Assembly (NCBI GenBank): GCA_963793265.1
Contig: CAWBZI010000002.1
Span: forward strand, 704,001 to 768,000
DNA length: 64,000 bases
Direction: 5' to 3'
Origin: an uncultured cyanobacterium
GTDB lineage: Bacteria; Cyanobacteriota; Cyanobacteriia; Phormidesmidales; Phormidesmidaceae
Each line of letters starts with the position of its first letter. Within the stretch, counting starts at the first letter, position 1. Positions 38,650 to 47,399 of this stretch are shown here, piece after piece. Both the position numbers and the translations under genes were made by a program. Below the pieces are notes generated by a model, which was not told the DNA's origin, searched no databases, and saw only the letters and a list, made by a program, of their open reading frames with translations.

Positions 38650-40104
38650 ATGTTAATCCAAACTCCAGACTGGGTGAAGCACGCCGTCTTCTACCAAATT
38701 TTTCCTGACCGCTTTGCCCGCACTAGCGATAGCAATTTGCCACCCGAAATGCAGGTACCCCTAGAGCCCTGGCATACGCCCCCAACTCAGCAAGGCTATA
38801 AAGGCGGGGATTTGTGGGGTGTGGCCGAGCGCTTAGACTATCTTCAGGCATTGGGCATCACAGCTATCTACTTCACGCCTATCTTTCAGTCAGCTAGCAA
38901 CCACCGCTACCACACTCACGACTACTACACTGTCGATCCGCTATTAGGTGGCAACGAAGCCTTCTTCGACCTGCTCGAAGCCGCTCACGCTCGCGATATA
39001 AAAGTTGTTCTAGATGGCGTATTTAACCACGCTAGTCGAGGCTTTTTTTACTTCAACGATATTTTAGAAAATGGCCCTAACTCCCCCTGGGTTGACTGGT
39101 TCAAGATTAAGAAGTGGCCACTTTCTGCCTACGATGGCGAGCATCCGGCAAACTACGAAGGCTGGATCAACAATCGCGCGCTGCCTGAGTTTAACCATGA
39201 AAACCCGCAGGCACGAGAGTACATTATGCAGGTGGGCGAGTTTTGGATTGAGCAGGGCGTTGACGGCTGGCGGCTAGATGTGCCGTTTGAGGTAACCGCT
39301 AAAGGATTCTGGACTGAGTTTCGCACGCGAATTAAGGCGATCAATCCTGAAGCCTACATTGTCGGAGAAGTGTGGACAGATTCTCGGCAGTGGCTTGCAG
39401 GCGATCAGTTTGACGGGGTGATGAACTACCTGTTTACAGGGCCAGCGATCGCCTTTGCCGCCAAGCAAAATGTCGATATGTCTTTGGTCGAAACGGTAGA
39501 CTATTTTCCTTACCCAGCGCTGGATGCTAAAGGCTATGCTCAGAAGATTGAAACGCTGCTGAACTTATATGACTGGGAGATTCAACAGGCTCAGTTAAAC
39601 CTGCTATCTAGCCATGATATTGCCAGAGCGCTCAGCGTGATGGGTGAGGACAAAGCCAGCATGGAAATAGCAACTTTGTTACTCTTGACCTTTCCTGGCC
39701 CGCCCAGCATTTACTATGGTGACGAAGTGGGCTTGCCTGGGGGCTTAGATCCTGACTGCCGTAGAACGTTTCCTGAAGAGAAAGCGTGGGATGTGAGTTT
39801 GTTTGAAACTCATAAAACTTTGATTGCGCTGCGACATGAGCATCCGGCGCTGCGTACAGGCACGTATAGAACGCTGGCGGCAGAAGGGGATTGCTATGTG
39901 TTTTCGAGGATACTGGGCGAAGAGATGATGGTCGTGGCGGTGAACTCGGGCGATCGCACTGTTCAAGTGCGCTTAGCTGATATGGATGGAGATAGCGGCG
40001 AGGTTTTGTATGGCGGTGGCAAGGTGGACTGGGTAGGCGATCGCACCGCTATGCTAGAAATTCCGGCTCGCTCAGGCATGATATTAGGCAACCAGCAGGA
40101 TTAA
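38650..40104 (+). CDS. GH13 neopullulanase/cyclomaltodextrinase-like glycosidase
   Basis: FYQIFPDRF, DGVFNH, GWRLDV, VGEVW, SSHD and YYGDE motifs. Confidence 0.93.
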   Translation: MLIQTPDWVKHAVFYQIFPDRFARTSDSNLPPEMQVPLEPWHTPPTQQGYKGGDLWGVAERLDYLQALGITAIYFTPIFQSASNHRYHTHDYYTVDPLLGGNEAFFDLLEAAHARDIKVVLDGVFNHASRGFFYFNDILENGPNSPWVDWFKIKKWPLSAYDGEHPANYEGWINNRALPEFNHENPQAREYIMQVGEFWIEQGVDGWRLDVPFEVTAKGFWTEFRTRIKAINPEAYIVGEVWTDSRQWLAGDQFDGVMNYLFTGPAIAFAAKQNVDMSLVETVDYFPYPALDAKGYAQKIETLLNLYDWEIQQAQLNLLSSHDIARALSVMGEDKASMEIATLLLLTFPGPPSIYYGDEVGLPGGLDPDCRRTFPEEKAWDVSLFETHKTLIALRHEHPALRTGTYRTLAAEGDCYVFSRILGEEMMVVAVNSGDRTVQVRLADMDGDSGEVLYGGGKVDWVGDRTAMLEIPARSGMILGNQQD

Positions 40105-40147
40105 AATCGGTGGCACGATGGCTATAACGCCATTGTGCCACCGATTT
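40104..40147. terminator. Long hairpin between convergent genes (probable bidirectional terminator)
   Basis: AAATCGGTGGCACGATGGC-TATAAC-GCCATTGTGCCACCGATTT. Confidence 0.75.
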
Positions 40148-40163
40148 AGCCGCAGATGTCCAT

Positions 40164-41180
40164 CTACTTAACCTTCAGAACAATCTTCCCGGTTTGTTGA
40201 TTAGACTCCAACGCTTCGTGCGCCGCAACAACCTCTTCCAGACTGAAAATTTCACTGATCTTCGGCTTCAGCCGACCGTCTGCAAGTCGTGGCAGCAAAA
40301 AGTCTCTCGCTTCAGCGACAGCATCCGTTTGCTGGGGCATCTCGAACAGTGGATAGCCCGTGTATGCAAAGACGGTGTAGCCATAGAGACTAATGTTCTT
40401 AGCCAAAATTGTCATCACCGGCAGCGTCGGCTCTGCTTGATCCAAAATGCCGTACATGATGTAGCGCCCACCAATTGCGAGGCTGTTGAGTAAAAGCGGG
40501 ATGGTTTTTCCGGCGATCGCATCAAACACCACATTCACACCTTTACCATCCGTAATCTCCTGCACGCGCGCCACTAGATCCTCTTGGCTAGTCACAATCA
40601 CATGATCCGCGCCCGCCTCAGACAGTTGCGCCGCCTTCTCTCGCTTGCGAGTAGTCGCAATAACTGTAGCGCCCAATTGCTTGGCTAGTTCAATGCCAGC
40701 AAAGCCAACGCCACCAGTGGCAGCCGTCAGCAGCACGGTACTGCCCTCGCTCAGTTCTCCCATCGTCTTGAGCGCGAAATAAACTGTTGTATACTGCACG
40801 CCCACACAGGCTGCGGCTTCAGCAGAAAGAGACTCGGGCCAGGGCCATAGCGCGATCGCAGGAACAATCGCAGCCTCGCCATATACGCCGTGCTCAGACT
40901 GAGAGAACGCTGGAATCGTGAGGACGCGATCGCCTACAGCTACATTCGTAACATTTGCCCCAACCGCCTCAACAGTCGCAGCTACGTCATATCCTAGCTT
41001 AGAAGGAAGTTCAGGCGATTCGATGTATTGATCAACACGAAGCATAGCATCTGCCCGATTAAGGCCAATTGCCTCAATTGCAATGCGAACTTCACCAGCA
41101 CCGGGTTCTGGTAGCTCTAGCGTTTCAAGTTTTAGAACGCTGGGTTCGCCAAACTCACTAAATCGGACTATTCGCGTCAT
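40164..41180 (-). CDS. MDR-family NADPH:quinone oxidoreductase-like protein
   Basis: AIGLNRAD, AATGGVG, GADHVI and GKIVL motifs. Confidence 0.92.
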   Translation of the reverse strand: MTRIVRFSEFGEPSVLKLETLELPEPGAGEVRIAIEAIGLNRADAMLRVDQYIESPELPSKLGYDVAATVEAVGANVTNVAVGDRVLTIPAFSQSEHGVYGEAAIVPAIALWPWPESLSAEAAACVGVQYTTVYFALKTMGELSEGSTVLLTAATGGVGFAGIELAKQLGATVIATTRKREKAAQLSEAGADHVIVTSQEDLVARVQEITDGKGVNVVFDAIAGKTIPLLLNSLAIGGRYIMYGILDQAEPTLPVMTILAKNISLYGYTVFAYTGYPLFEMPQQTDAVAEARDFLLPRLADGRLKPKISEIFSLEEVVAAHEALESNQQTGKIVLKVK

Positions 41181-41389
41181 AGCTATGTAGAGAATATAGA
41201 CTGCAATGAAAGCTTATCAGCAGTAGAGAAATTAGACACAGCTACACTCACAAATAAAAGATGAGACTCATTCCGTTATCTCTTAACAGTCCCTCAACAT
41301 CTTCTCAGCCGATAATCATACGCTAACTAAATCGCTTGTCATGATAGAGAAGAACAAAGCGACCTGACATAAGTATCAGGACTCATTCA

Positions 41390-41653
41390 ATGAAAAGATT
41401 CTTCTTTGCAACAACAATTGCGCTTACAGCTACAGTCAGCACAATTTTAGGCGCTGCTGCACCGGCCTCTCGCGCCTTCGAGGATGCTCAGCCTTTATCC
41501 TTTCAAAAGACAGCTTCAGAAACAGCCCATGAGGCGACAGATCCCAGATTCCAAAAGGAGAAGCCCACTGACAAATCCGAAGTAGAAGTGGGCCAGAGCA
41601 AAGGGCACCGCCGGGGGTTCAGCCGTCGTGGCTTTGGCCGTCGTGGTCACTAA
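41390..41653 (+). CDS. Small secreted protein with Arg/Gly-rich C-terminus
   Basis: AGGA RBS, signal peptide MKRFFFATTIAL..ASRA, ends GHRRGFSRRGFGRRGH. Confidence 0.7.
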   Translation: MKRFFFATTIALTATVSTILGAAAPASRAFEDAQPLSFQKTASETAHEATDPRFQKEKPTDKSEVEVGQSKGHRRGFSRRGFGRRGH

Positions 41654-41786
41654 GCTCAACCCTATTTATTCCTCACGCTCAAAATCTAAATCTATAGGTA
41701 GATTTATTAATGCCGCAGTAGACATAGTTTTAAGGGCAATAGATGACTATGCTGAATCGAGCTAGATCAAATAGGAGAAATGGTAG

Positions 41787-42674
41787 GTGCCGACCAAGGA
41801 TAGACACTCATACGCCAAGCCTACCGTACTCGTTAACTGCCATCACCACAACGCCGAAAATCCGCTGTGGCACCCTCACCACAAGCAGATTTACTGGACG
41901 GATATTCCTAACGGCAGGCTGTTTCGCTACGACCCAAACAATGAAGGCTACGAGCAAATTTATTTAGGAGAACCCGTCGGCGGCTTTACTATTCAAGCGG
42001 ATGGCGCGCTGCTCTTGTTTAAGACCCATGGGACGGTAGAGATTTGGAATAAGGGCGAAGTGACCACGGTGATAGCGGAGATTCCTGAGGTGAAGGGAAC
42101 GCGGTTTAATGATGCGATCGCTGATCCTGAAGGCAGGGTATTTTCTGGCACGATGGCCAAAGGCAAAACGCCTGGCAGACTCTATCGTATTGATACTGAT
42201 GGATCGGTTCACGAGATAGTAAAAGATCTTTTAGTACCCAACGGAATGGGATTTTGCGCTGACTACAAGCATTTTTACCTCACCGACTCTGACCAGCGAA
42301 CAATCTACCGATTCGACTACGATCAGGCTACGGGTAGCTTAAGCAATCAACAGGAATTTATCAAAACGCCACCAGACGCAGGCGTTCCTGATGGGATGAC
42401 GGTAGATGATGAAGGCTATATTTGGTCGGCTCGCTGGGGAAATGGCCATGTCTATAGATATAGCCCTGACGGTAAAGAGGTGCTGCGCATTCCGCTGCCG
42501 ACACCTAAAGTAAGCTGCGTCACCTTGGGCACAGAAAGCTACAAGAGACTGATAATTTCCACCGCCCGAGAAGATCAAGATATTGGGATGGACAATGTTG
42601 CAGGCGATTTATTTCATCTACAAGTAGAGGTTAAGGGACGGCCAGAGCTATTGTCTCAGATTACGATTGGTTGA
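41787..42674 (+). CDS. SMP-30/gluconolactonase/LRE family protein
   Basis: ENPLW, YWTDI, RFNDA..DPEGR, PNGMGF and PDGMTVD motifs. Confidence 0.92.
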   Translation: MPTKDRHSYAKPTVLVNCHHHNAENPLWHPHHKQIYWTDIPNGRLFRYDPNNEGYEQIYLGEPVGGFTIQADGALLLFKTHGTVEIWNKGEVTTVIAEIPEVKGTRFNDAIADPEGRVFSGTMAKGKTPGRLYRIDTDGSVHEIVKDLLVPNGMGFCADYKHFYLTDSDQRTIYRFDYDQATGSLSNQQEFIKTPPDAGVPDGMTVDDEGYIWSARWGNGHVYRYSPDGKEVLRIPLPTPKVSCVTLGTESYKRLIISTAREDQDIGMDNVAGDLFHLQVEVKGRPELLSQITIG

Positions 42675-42739
42675 GCTAGATTTTTAATTGGGGCGCTGCC
42701 TAGCCAGCTTACGAATGCTGGCGTTATTTCAGCTAATTT

Positions 42740-42946
42740 ATGATGAGAATAATAGAAAAACGTTTGCGGCGATCGCTAAAATCTATTGCACTCGTTCTAA
42801 CCCTCATCTACCTTACAACCGGACTATTTCTTTTACTCCGCCAGCGCCACCTTATCTACCGTCCCACTTCTCATCTCTCACTATTACCCAGTGCTTCAGA
42901 CTTTGACATGCCTTATGCGGACGTGAACATCAGAATGGTGCCGTGA
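42740..42946 (+). pseudogene. N-terminal fragment of a membrane-anchored alpha/beta hydrolase
   Basis: TM helix + RQRHLIYRP...DFDMPYADV is the usual lead-in to the hydrolase domain; ORF stops there. Confidence 0.6.
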
Positions 42947-42954
42947 TAAATAGG

Positions 42955-43338
42955 CTACTGAGCGCTTTCAGGACTTGGTTTTGCTGCTTTCATCACTTCC
43001 GAAAAGGCAGGTGCACCGATAAAAAATACATACAGAGCGCCTTTAACAACCGCAAGTAGCGTATTGTCAGGCAGCTTTTCAGTGAGTAACGTGCTCGGTT
43101 GGCTCTGTGGGTTGTTTTTTAGGCGCTGTCGGTAGCGGAAGATGAGGAATGCAGCGATTAGTCCTTCTACCACGTGAATGAGAAGGACAGTTAGAGTGAT
43201 GGGAATTGCGGACTGTAAAAAAGGCGGTACTGGCGCAATTGCGTTCCATAGCTGTAGAGCGATCGCGCTAAAAATCAGCAGCGTCAACCCTATTTTGATT
43301 CGCTTATCCCATACCGAGCTATTCGTTTGGTCAATCAT
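42955..43338 (-). CDS. Hypothetical membrane protein
   Basis: Hydrophobic helices and an HVVEG motif; ATG at 43338 preferred over 43428. Confidence 0.6.
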   Translation of the reverse strand: MIDQTNSSVWDKRIKIGLTLLIFSAIALQLWNAIAPVPPFLQSAIPITLTVLLIHVVEGLIAAFLIFRYRQRLKNNPQSQPSTLLTEKLPDNTLLAVVKGALYVFFIGAPAFSEVMKAAKPSPESAQ

Positions 43339-43446
43339 CGTCTTCTCTTGAGCAACCGTCGCTCTTACGCTATCACGCACGGTAAAATCCAGCGCGGGAC
43401 AATAATATAGCGATATATTAAAAGTCATTTACCCTCGTAATTAACT

Positions 43447-45066
43447 GTGGTCAGTCAATCCCTATCACCCGGTTCGCTCACACAACCTCTGCCGCCAAAT
43501 AGCGTGGTGTGGGGTAAACAGCGCGAAGGCGAAGCGCTTAAGCAGATGCAAAAAGAGGCTTGGGCAGGTGCGTTTCGCTCACAGCTACAAGAATTTGACT
43601 ACGAAATTACAGAGATTGAAGGTACCTTACCCGAAGGGCTAAAAGGATCTACGCTCTTTCGTAACGGCCCTGGACGATTCGAGCGTGGCGATCAGCGCGT
43701 GGCCCACTATCTAGATGGCGACGGCTATCTTTCAAAAATTGGCTTTTCGCCCACGGGCAAAGTCTACTTTTCTTCTAAGTTTGTAAAAACCGCAGAGCAT
43801 CAACAAGAAGAAGCCGATAACGCTTTTGGCTTTCGCACAACCTTTGGTAATGCTAAGCCTGGTGGGCCTTTAGCTGCCCTGCTAGATCTCTATCTTAAAA
43901 ATCCTGCCAATACTCATGTTGTGCCCTGGGGCGGCAAGCTTCTGGCACTGTATGAGGCAGGTGCGCCCTATCGGATTGACCCACACTCTCTAGAGACTTT
44001 AGGACTAGAAAATTTAGAAGGCGGCTTGAACCCTCATCCATTGCCAGGCTCCAAGCTGAATGCACTTAAGCGTCGGAGCGCAGGTCAGCAGGCCATGACC
44101 GCGCATCCTCATGTTGATCCGGAGCGTGATCGCCTCGTCACCTGGACATGGGGCATGAACATGAACATTGGTAAACCTAACGAGCTAGTCATTGAGCTAA
44201 TTGAGTACGACGCTCACTGGCAAGCCGTCAGCCGCATGACCTACAAAATGCCAGGAGCTGCCGTTAATCCGCATGACTTTGCGCTCACCCAAAACTACTA
44301 CGTCTTCTTTGAAAACGCGCTGAGCTTCGATATTACACCTTTCCTATTAGGGAAAAAGTCTCCTGCCGACTGTCTCAATCTGTTACCCAAGCCCACCAAA
44401 GTTCACCTGATTCCAAGACCTGATGGTGCCATGGCAAGCACTGAGCCTACTGTATTAGAAACTGAGCAGTGGTTTTCAATTCATCAAGCTTGCGCGAGCG
44501 AGCGGGAAGATGGCAGTGTTGAAGTGTATAGCTCAGGTTGGCCAAAGAGTGAAGGTGGATTTTTGACAAGCTGGGGTGGGTATGCGCCTGACTTTGATGC
44601 GATCGCCCCCACATACCTCTGGCAAACCATCATCAATCCCAACCAACAAAGTGTCATTCACCGCATCGCCCCCGGCACAGAAGGCTACTGCATCGCCCAT
44701 CCACACACAAATCCAAACAAAGAGACACTACCCAGCCGCTACCTTTACATGCCGTACTGCAACAACATCGGAGAATCCTCCCCGCCCATCGGCTACCTGA
44801 AATTAGATACACAGACTCAAGAACAACAGCTTTGGACAGGCCATCCCCTTTGCTTTGCCGAAGAACCCGTCTTCGTACCTAATTCCCAAGGAAACAAAGA
44901 AGACGATGGATGGCTACTCGGGCTAATGTACGACCACCTTAGAGAGCGTTCTTCTCTCGCTATCTTCGATACCACAAACATCAGCGCAGGCCCCATCTGT
45001 CGCCTATGGTTCACCCATCACCTAGCCCACGGCCTACACGGATCATGGTCGAGCCAGTACACATAG
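43447..45066 (+). CDS. Carotenoid cleavage oxygenase (RPE65/CCD family)
   Basis: FRNGPG, DGDG, four Fe-ligand His (TAHPH, PHDF, IHQ, GLHG), EEPVFVP. Confidence 0.93.
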   Translation: MVSQSLSPGSLTQPLPPNSVVWGKQREGEALKQMQKEAWAGAFRSQLQEFDYEITEIEGTLPEGLKGSTLFRNGPGRFERGDQRVAHYLDGDGYLSKIGFSPTGKVYFSSKFVKTAEHQQEEADNAFGFRTTFGNAKPGGPLAALLDLYLKNPANTHVVPWGGKLLALYEAGAPYRIDPHSLETLGLENLEGGLNPHPLPGSKLNALKRRSAGQQAMTAHPHVDPERDRLVTWTWGMNMNIGKPNELVIELIEYDAHWQAVSRMTYKMPGAAVNPHDFALTQNYYVFFENALSFDITPFLLGKKSPADCLNLLPKPTKVHLIPRPDGAMASTEPTVLETEQWFSIHQACASEREDGSVEVYSSGWPKSEGGFLTSWGGYAPDFDAIAPTYLWQTIINPNQQSVIHRIAPGTEGYCIAHPHTNPNKETLPSRYLYMPYCNNIGESSPPIGYLKLDTQTQEQQLWTGHPLCFAEEPVFVPNSQGNKEDDGWLLGLMYDHLRERSSLAIFDTTNISAGPICRLWFTHHLAHGLHGSWSSQYT

Positions 45067-45097
45067 GGAAAAGCAGAACTCTTCAGACGAACCTTTC

Positions 45098-45178
45098 GGG
45101 GGGTCTGGGGGAGGGTTCGGCCCCCAGGCAGCATTTAAAGAAATAAGCAGAGGAGGGGTGCAGGGGAGGAAATCCCCT
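45098..45178. repeat. G-run/C-run small dispersed repeat-like element (two related units)
   Basis: GGGGGGTCTGGGGGAGGGTTCGGCCCCCAG and GGGGTGCAGGGGAGGAAATCCCCT between convergent genes. Confidence 0.55.
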
Positions 45179-45204
45179 AATCTTGACGCCTTGCGTTTTG
45201 CTTC

Positions 45205-45597
45205 TTACGACAGCTTCTCAACCAAATCAAACACTCTTCTCTCAATCTCATCCCGAATCTCAGGAAAAATCTCAGGCCGCTCCGCCGGATCATCCAACTC
45301 CCAATCATCAAAATAATCCCTCTTCACCCAAGCCTCCGGCAGACTAACCCCACACCCACACAACGAAACCACCGCATCAAAATCCTCAGCCCTAAAATCC
45401 GCCAACGCATCAGACGACTGAGGCGTAATATCAACCCCCACATCAGCCATCACCGCGATCGCCTCCGCCCTCACCGAACTCGCCTCCAGCCCCGAACTTA
45501 CCACCTCAATCTTCCCCGCCCCAATCCTTCGTGCAAACCCCTCCGCCATCTGCGATCGCGAAGAATTCTTCCTACACACAAACATCACCCTTTTCAC
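45205..45597 (-). CDS. arsC: Arsenate reductase, LMW-PTP fold (cyanobacterial type)
   Basis: VMFVCRKNSSRSQMAEG, SLCGC and DWELDDP motifs; GTG start at 45597. Confidence 0.88.
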   Translation of the reverse strand: MKRVMFVCRKNSSRSQMAEGFARRIGAGKIEVVSSGLEASSVRAEAIAVMADVGVDITPQSSDALADFRAEDFDAVVSLCGCGVSLPEAWVKRDYFDDWELDDPAERPEIFPEIRDEIERRVFDLVEKLS

Positions 45598-45718
45598 CAG
45601 CCAACCCAAAAAACAGCAACACAGCCATTACTCTAGCTTGTTTCACTTTTAGAAACCAGCCCAAACCCAGCCATAAAACCCCTTAGATTAGGCTTACTGT
45701 CACTCAGTCGCAGATAAA

Positions 45719-47152
45719 ATGCAAAACGCAACAGCAAAACTAATCTTGCTACCCCTATTGTTAGGCACCGCCATCAGCCTCAACAAAACCGTCCTCGCCC
45801 AATCGTGGGGCATCGAACCCAGCGAAAACACCGACACCAGCCAAATCTCACCATCCATTGGCCCCTCAACCGAGCCCGCCCCCTTGATCACAAATACCTC
45901 AGAATTCAGGCAATACGGCCAAATCATCGAACGCACCAAATCGATGATCCGCGACCCCGAAGCCCGCCGCCTCGCCGCCAGCCGCGACCTACAGATCATG
46001 GACATCACCTGGGAAGACACCGCCCGCTACGACAACTCCGCCGTCGGCCCCAACATCAGCGACATGACCATCCAAGTAGAACGCCGCGACCCAAGATCCG
46101 GCGACGCTAGCCTCCATCTCATGCCCGTTATCCGGTACCCCAACTTCACCGATACCACCGCCGACGTACCCATACAACAGCTCTCCCTCCTCACCGGCAA
46201 CGAGAAAGGAGAAACCCCACAGCCTATCCTACTTGCCGAATTCCTAGACAACCTGCGCGATCACCTCACCGAACCCGACTCCTGGAAAGGCCGCAAACAA
46301 TCCCTCCTAGCCGAACGCGACTCCCACGTACTCGTCAGCGCCCAAGCCGCCTTCCTCCCCATCCCCGAAAACGGTGAAGCCACCTTCAACCCCGTTTTAT
46401 TCAACTATCAGTCATACGCCGAAAATCCCGCCGTCCTCACCATTCTCGCCACCCGCGAAGGCACCAGCACCACCATCATCGACAACCAGCGCGACGGCTT
46501 CGACGCAGGCCGTACCTGGGGGCAGCGACTATTTTTCAACAAAAACGGCGATCGCGCCAGCCTCACCGGCAAACGCATCAGCGACTTTCGCACTGAGCAA
46601 ACAGGCGAAAGTACAACAGCCCTACCCCCGATAGAAGTTACTGAAGAGGACGGCCTAAATATGGTGATGTTAATTCAAGTCCCGCTTAAGCAAGAAGAGC
46701 GATCGCGCCAATCATTCGGGGCCATGAGCGAAGATATGGTCTTTGAATCTGCCGCCCCCATGGCCGCTAGAGCCGAAAGCAACGTAGAGGCGGCTGTGAT
46801 CGGTCATGGCCCCGTCGAAGGCCCCTTCACAGAGATCGACAACCTCGCCATCGAACGCGATCCTAACTTTCCTATTCGCGTCACCGTGCAGTTCTACAAA
46901 GCCACCAGCAACGGCATTGTTTCCGAACAAGACTTAGCCGAAATCGACGAACAAATCAAACGCATCTACGAAGATGCCGATTATGTGGGTAGCCTAGTCA
47001 CCGACGGGAGAAGCGACCGCCCAACCGAATACACAGGAAACCACGAACAGCCCGAAGACTGGTGGGAAGACTTTTGGCAAAAGAGTCAGAATCGATTGGA
47101 CTTATCCCGTGAAGACGCCCTCAATTTACTCAGACGACTAAGAGGAGAATAA
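45719..47152 (+). CDS. Uncharacterised secreted protein
   Basis: 477 aa with signal peptide; motif-like blocks WEDTAR..NSAVGPNISDMT, FNYQS and IRVTVQFY. Confidence 0.85.
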   Translation: MQNATAKLILLPLLLGTAISLNKTVLAQSWGIEPSENTDTSQISPSIGPSTEPAPLITNTSEFRQYGQIIERTKSMIRDPEARRLAASRDLQIMDITWEDTARYDNSAVGPNISDMTIQVERRDPRSGDASLHLMPVIRYPNFTDTTADVPIQQLSLLTGNEKGETPQPILLAEFLDNLRDHLTEPDSWKGRKQSLLAERDSHVLVSAQAAFLPIPENGEATFNPVLFNYQSYAENPAVLTILATREGTSTTIIDNQRDGFDAGRTWGQRLFFNKNGDRASLTGKRISDFRTEQTGESTTALPPIEVTEEDGLNMVMLIQVPLKQEERSRQSFGAMSEDMVFESAAPMAARAESNVEAAVIGHGPVEGPFTEIDNLAIERDPNFPIRVTVQFYKATSNGIVSEQDLAEIDEQIKRIYEDADYVGSLVTDGRSDRPTEYTGNHEQPEDWWEDFWQKSQNRLDLSREDALNLLRRLRGE

Positions 47153-47172
47153 GAAGTAGTTTTACAGCGCAA

Positions 47173-47211
47173 AAAAGCGCGCCTTGGAAAAAATCAGACA
47201 GGCGCGCTTTT
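47173..47211 (+). terminator. Rho-independent terminator-like hairpin
   Basis: AAAAGCGCGCCT...AGGCGCGCTTTT. Confidence 0.7.
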
Positions 47212-47399
47212 CACAGTGATCTACAACAACACTAGCCTGTGAGTTGATAGAGTAGCGCAATAGCCCATTTACGACAGCAGTCCCCATCAAAATTCACACG
47301 TCTGTAAACTTACAATAAATTATCAGTAAATTCCCGGATCTCAGAAAATCGTTGTTACGTCGAAACGTAGTATTGAGGCGCTAAAACAACAACTGCCTC

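Noticed and set aside
41390..41653. Firm patX gene call
   Set aside because: Motif is RGFGR, not RG(S/T)GR; kept only as a hypothesis
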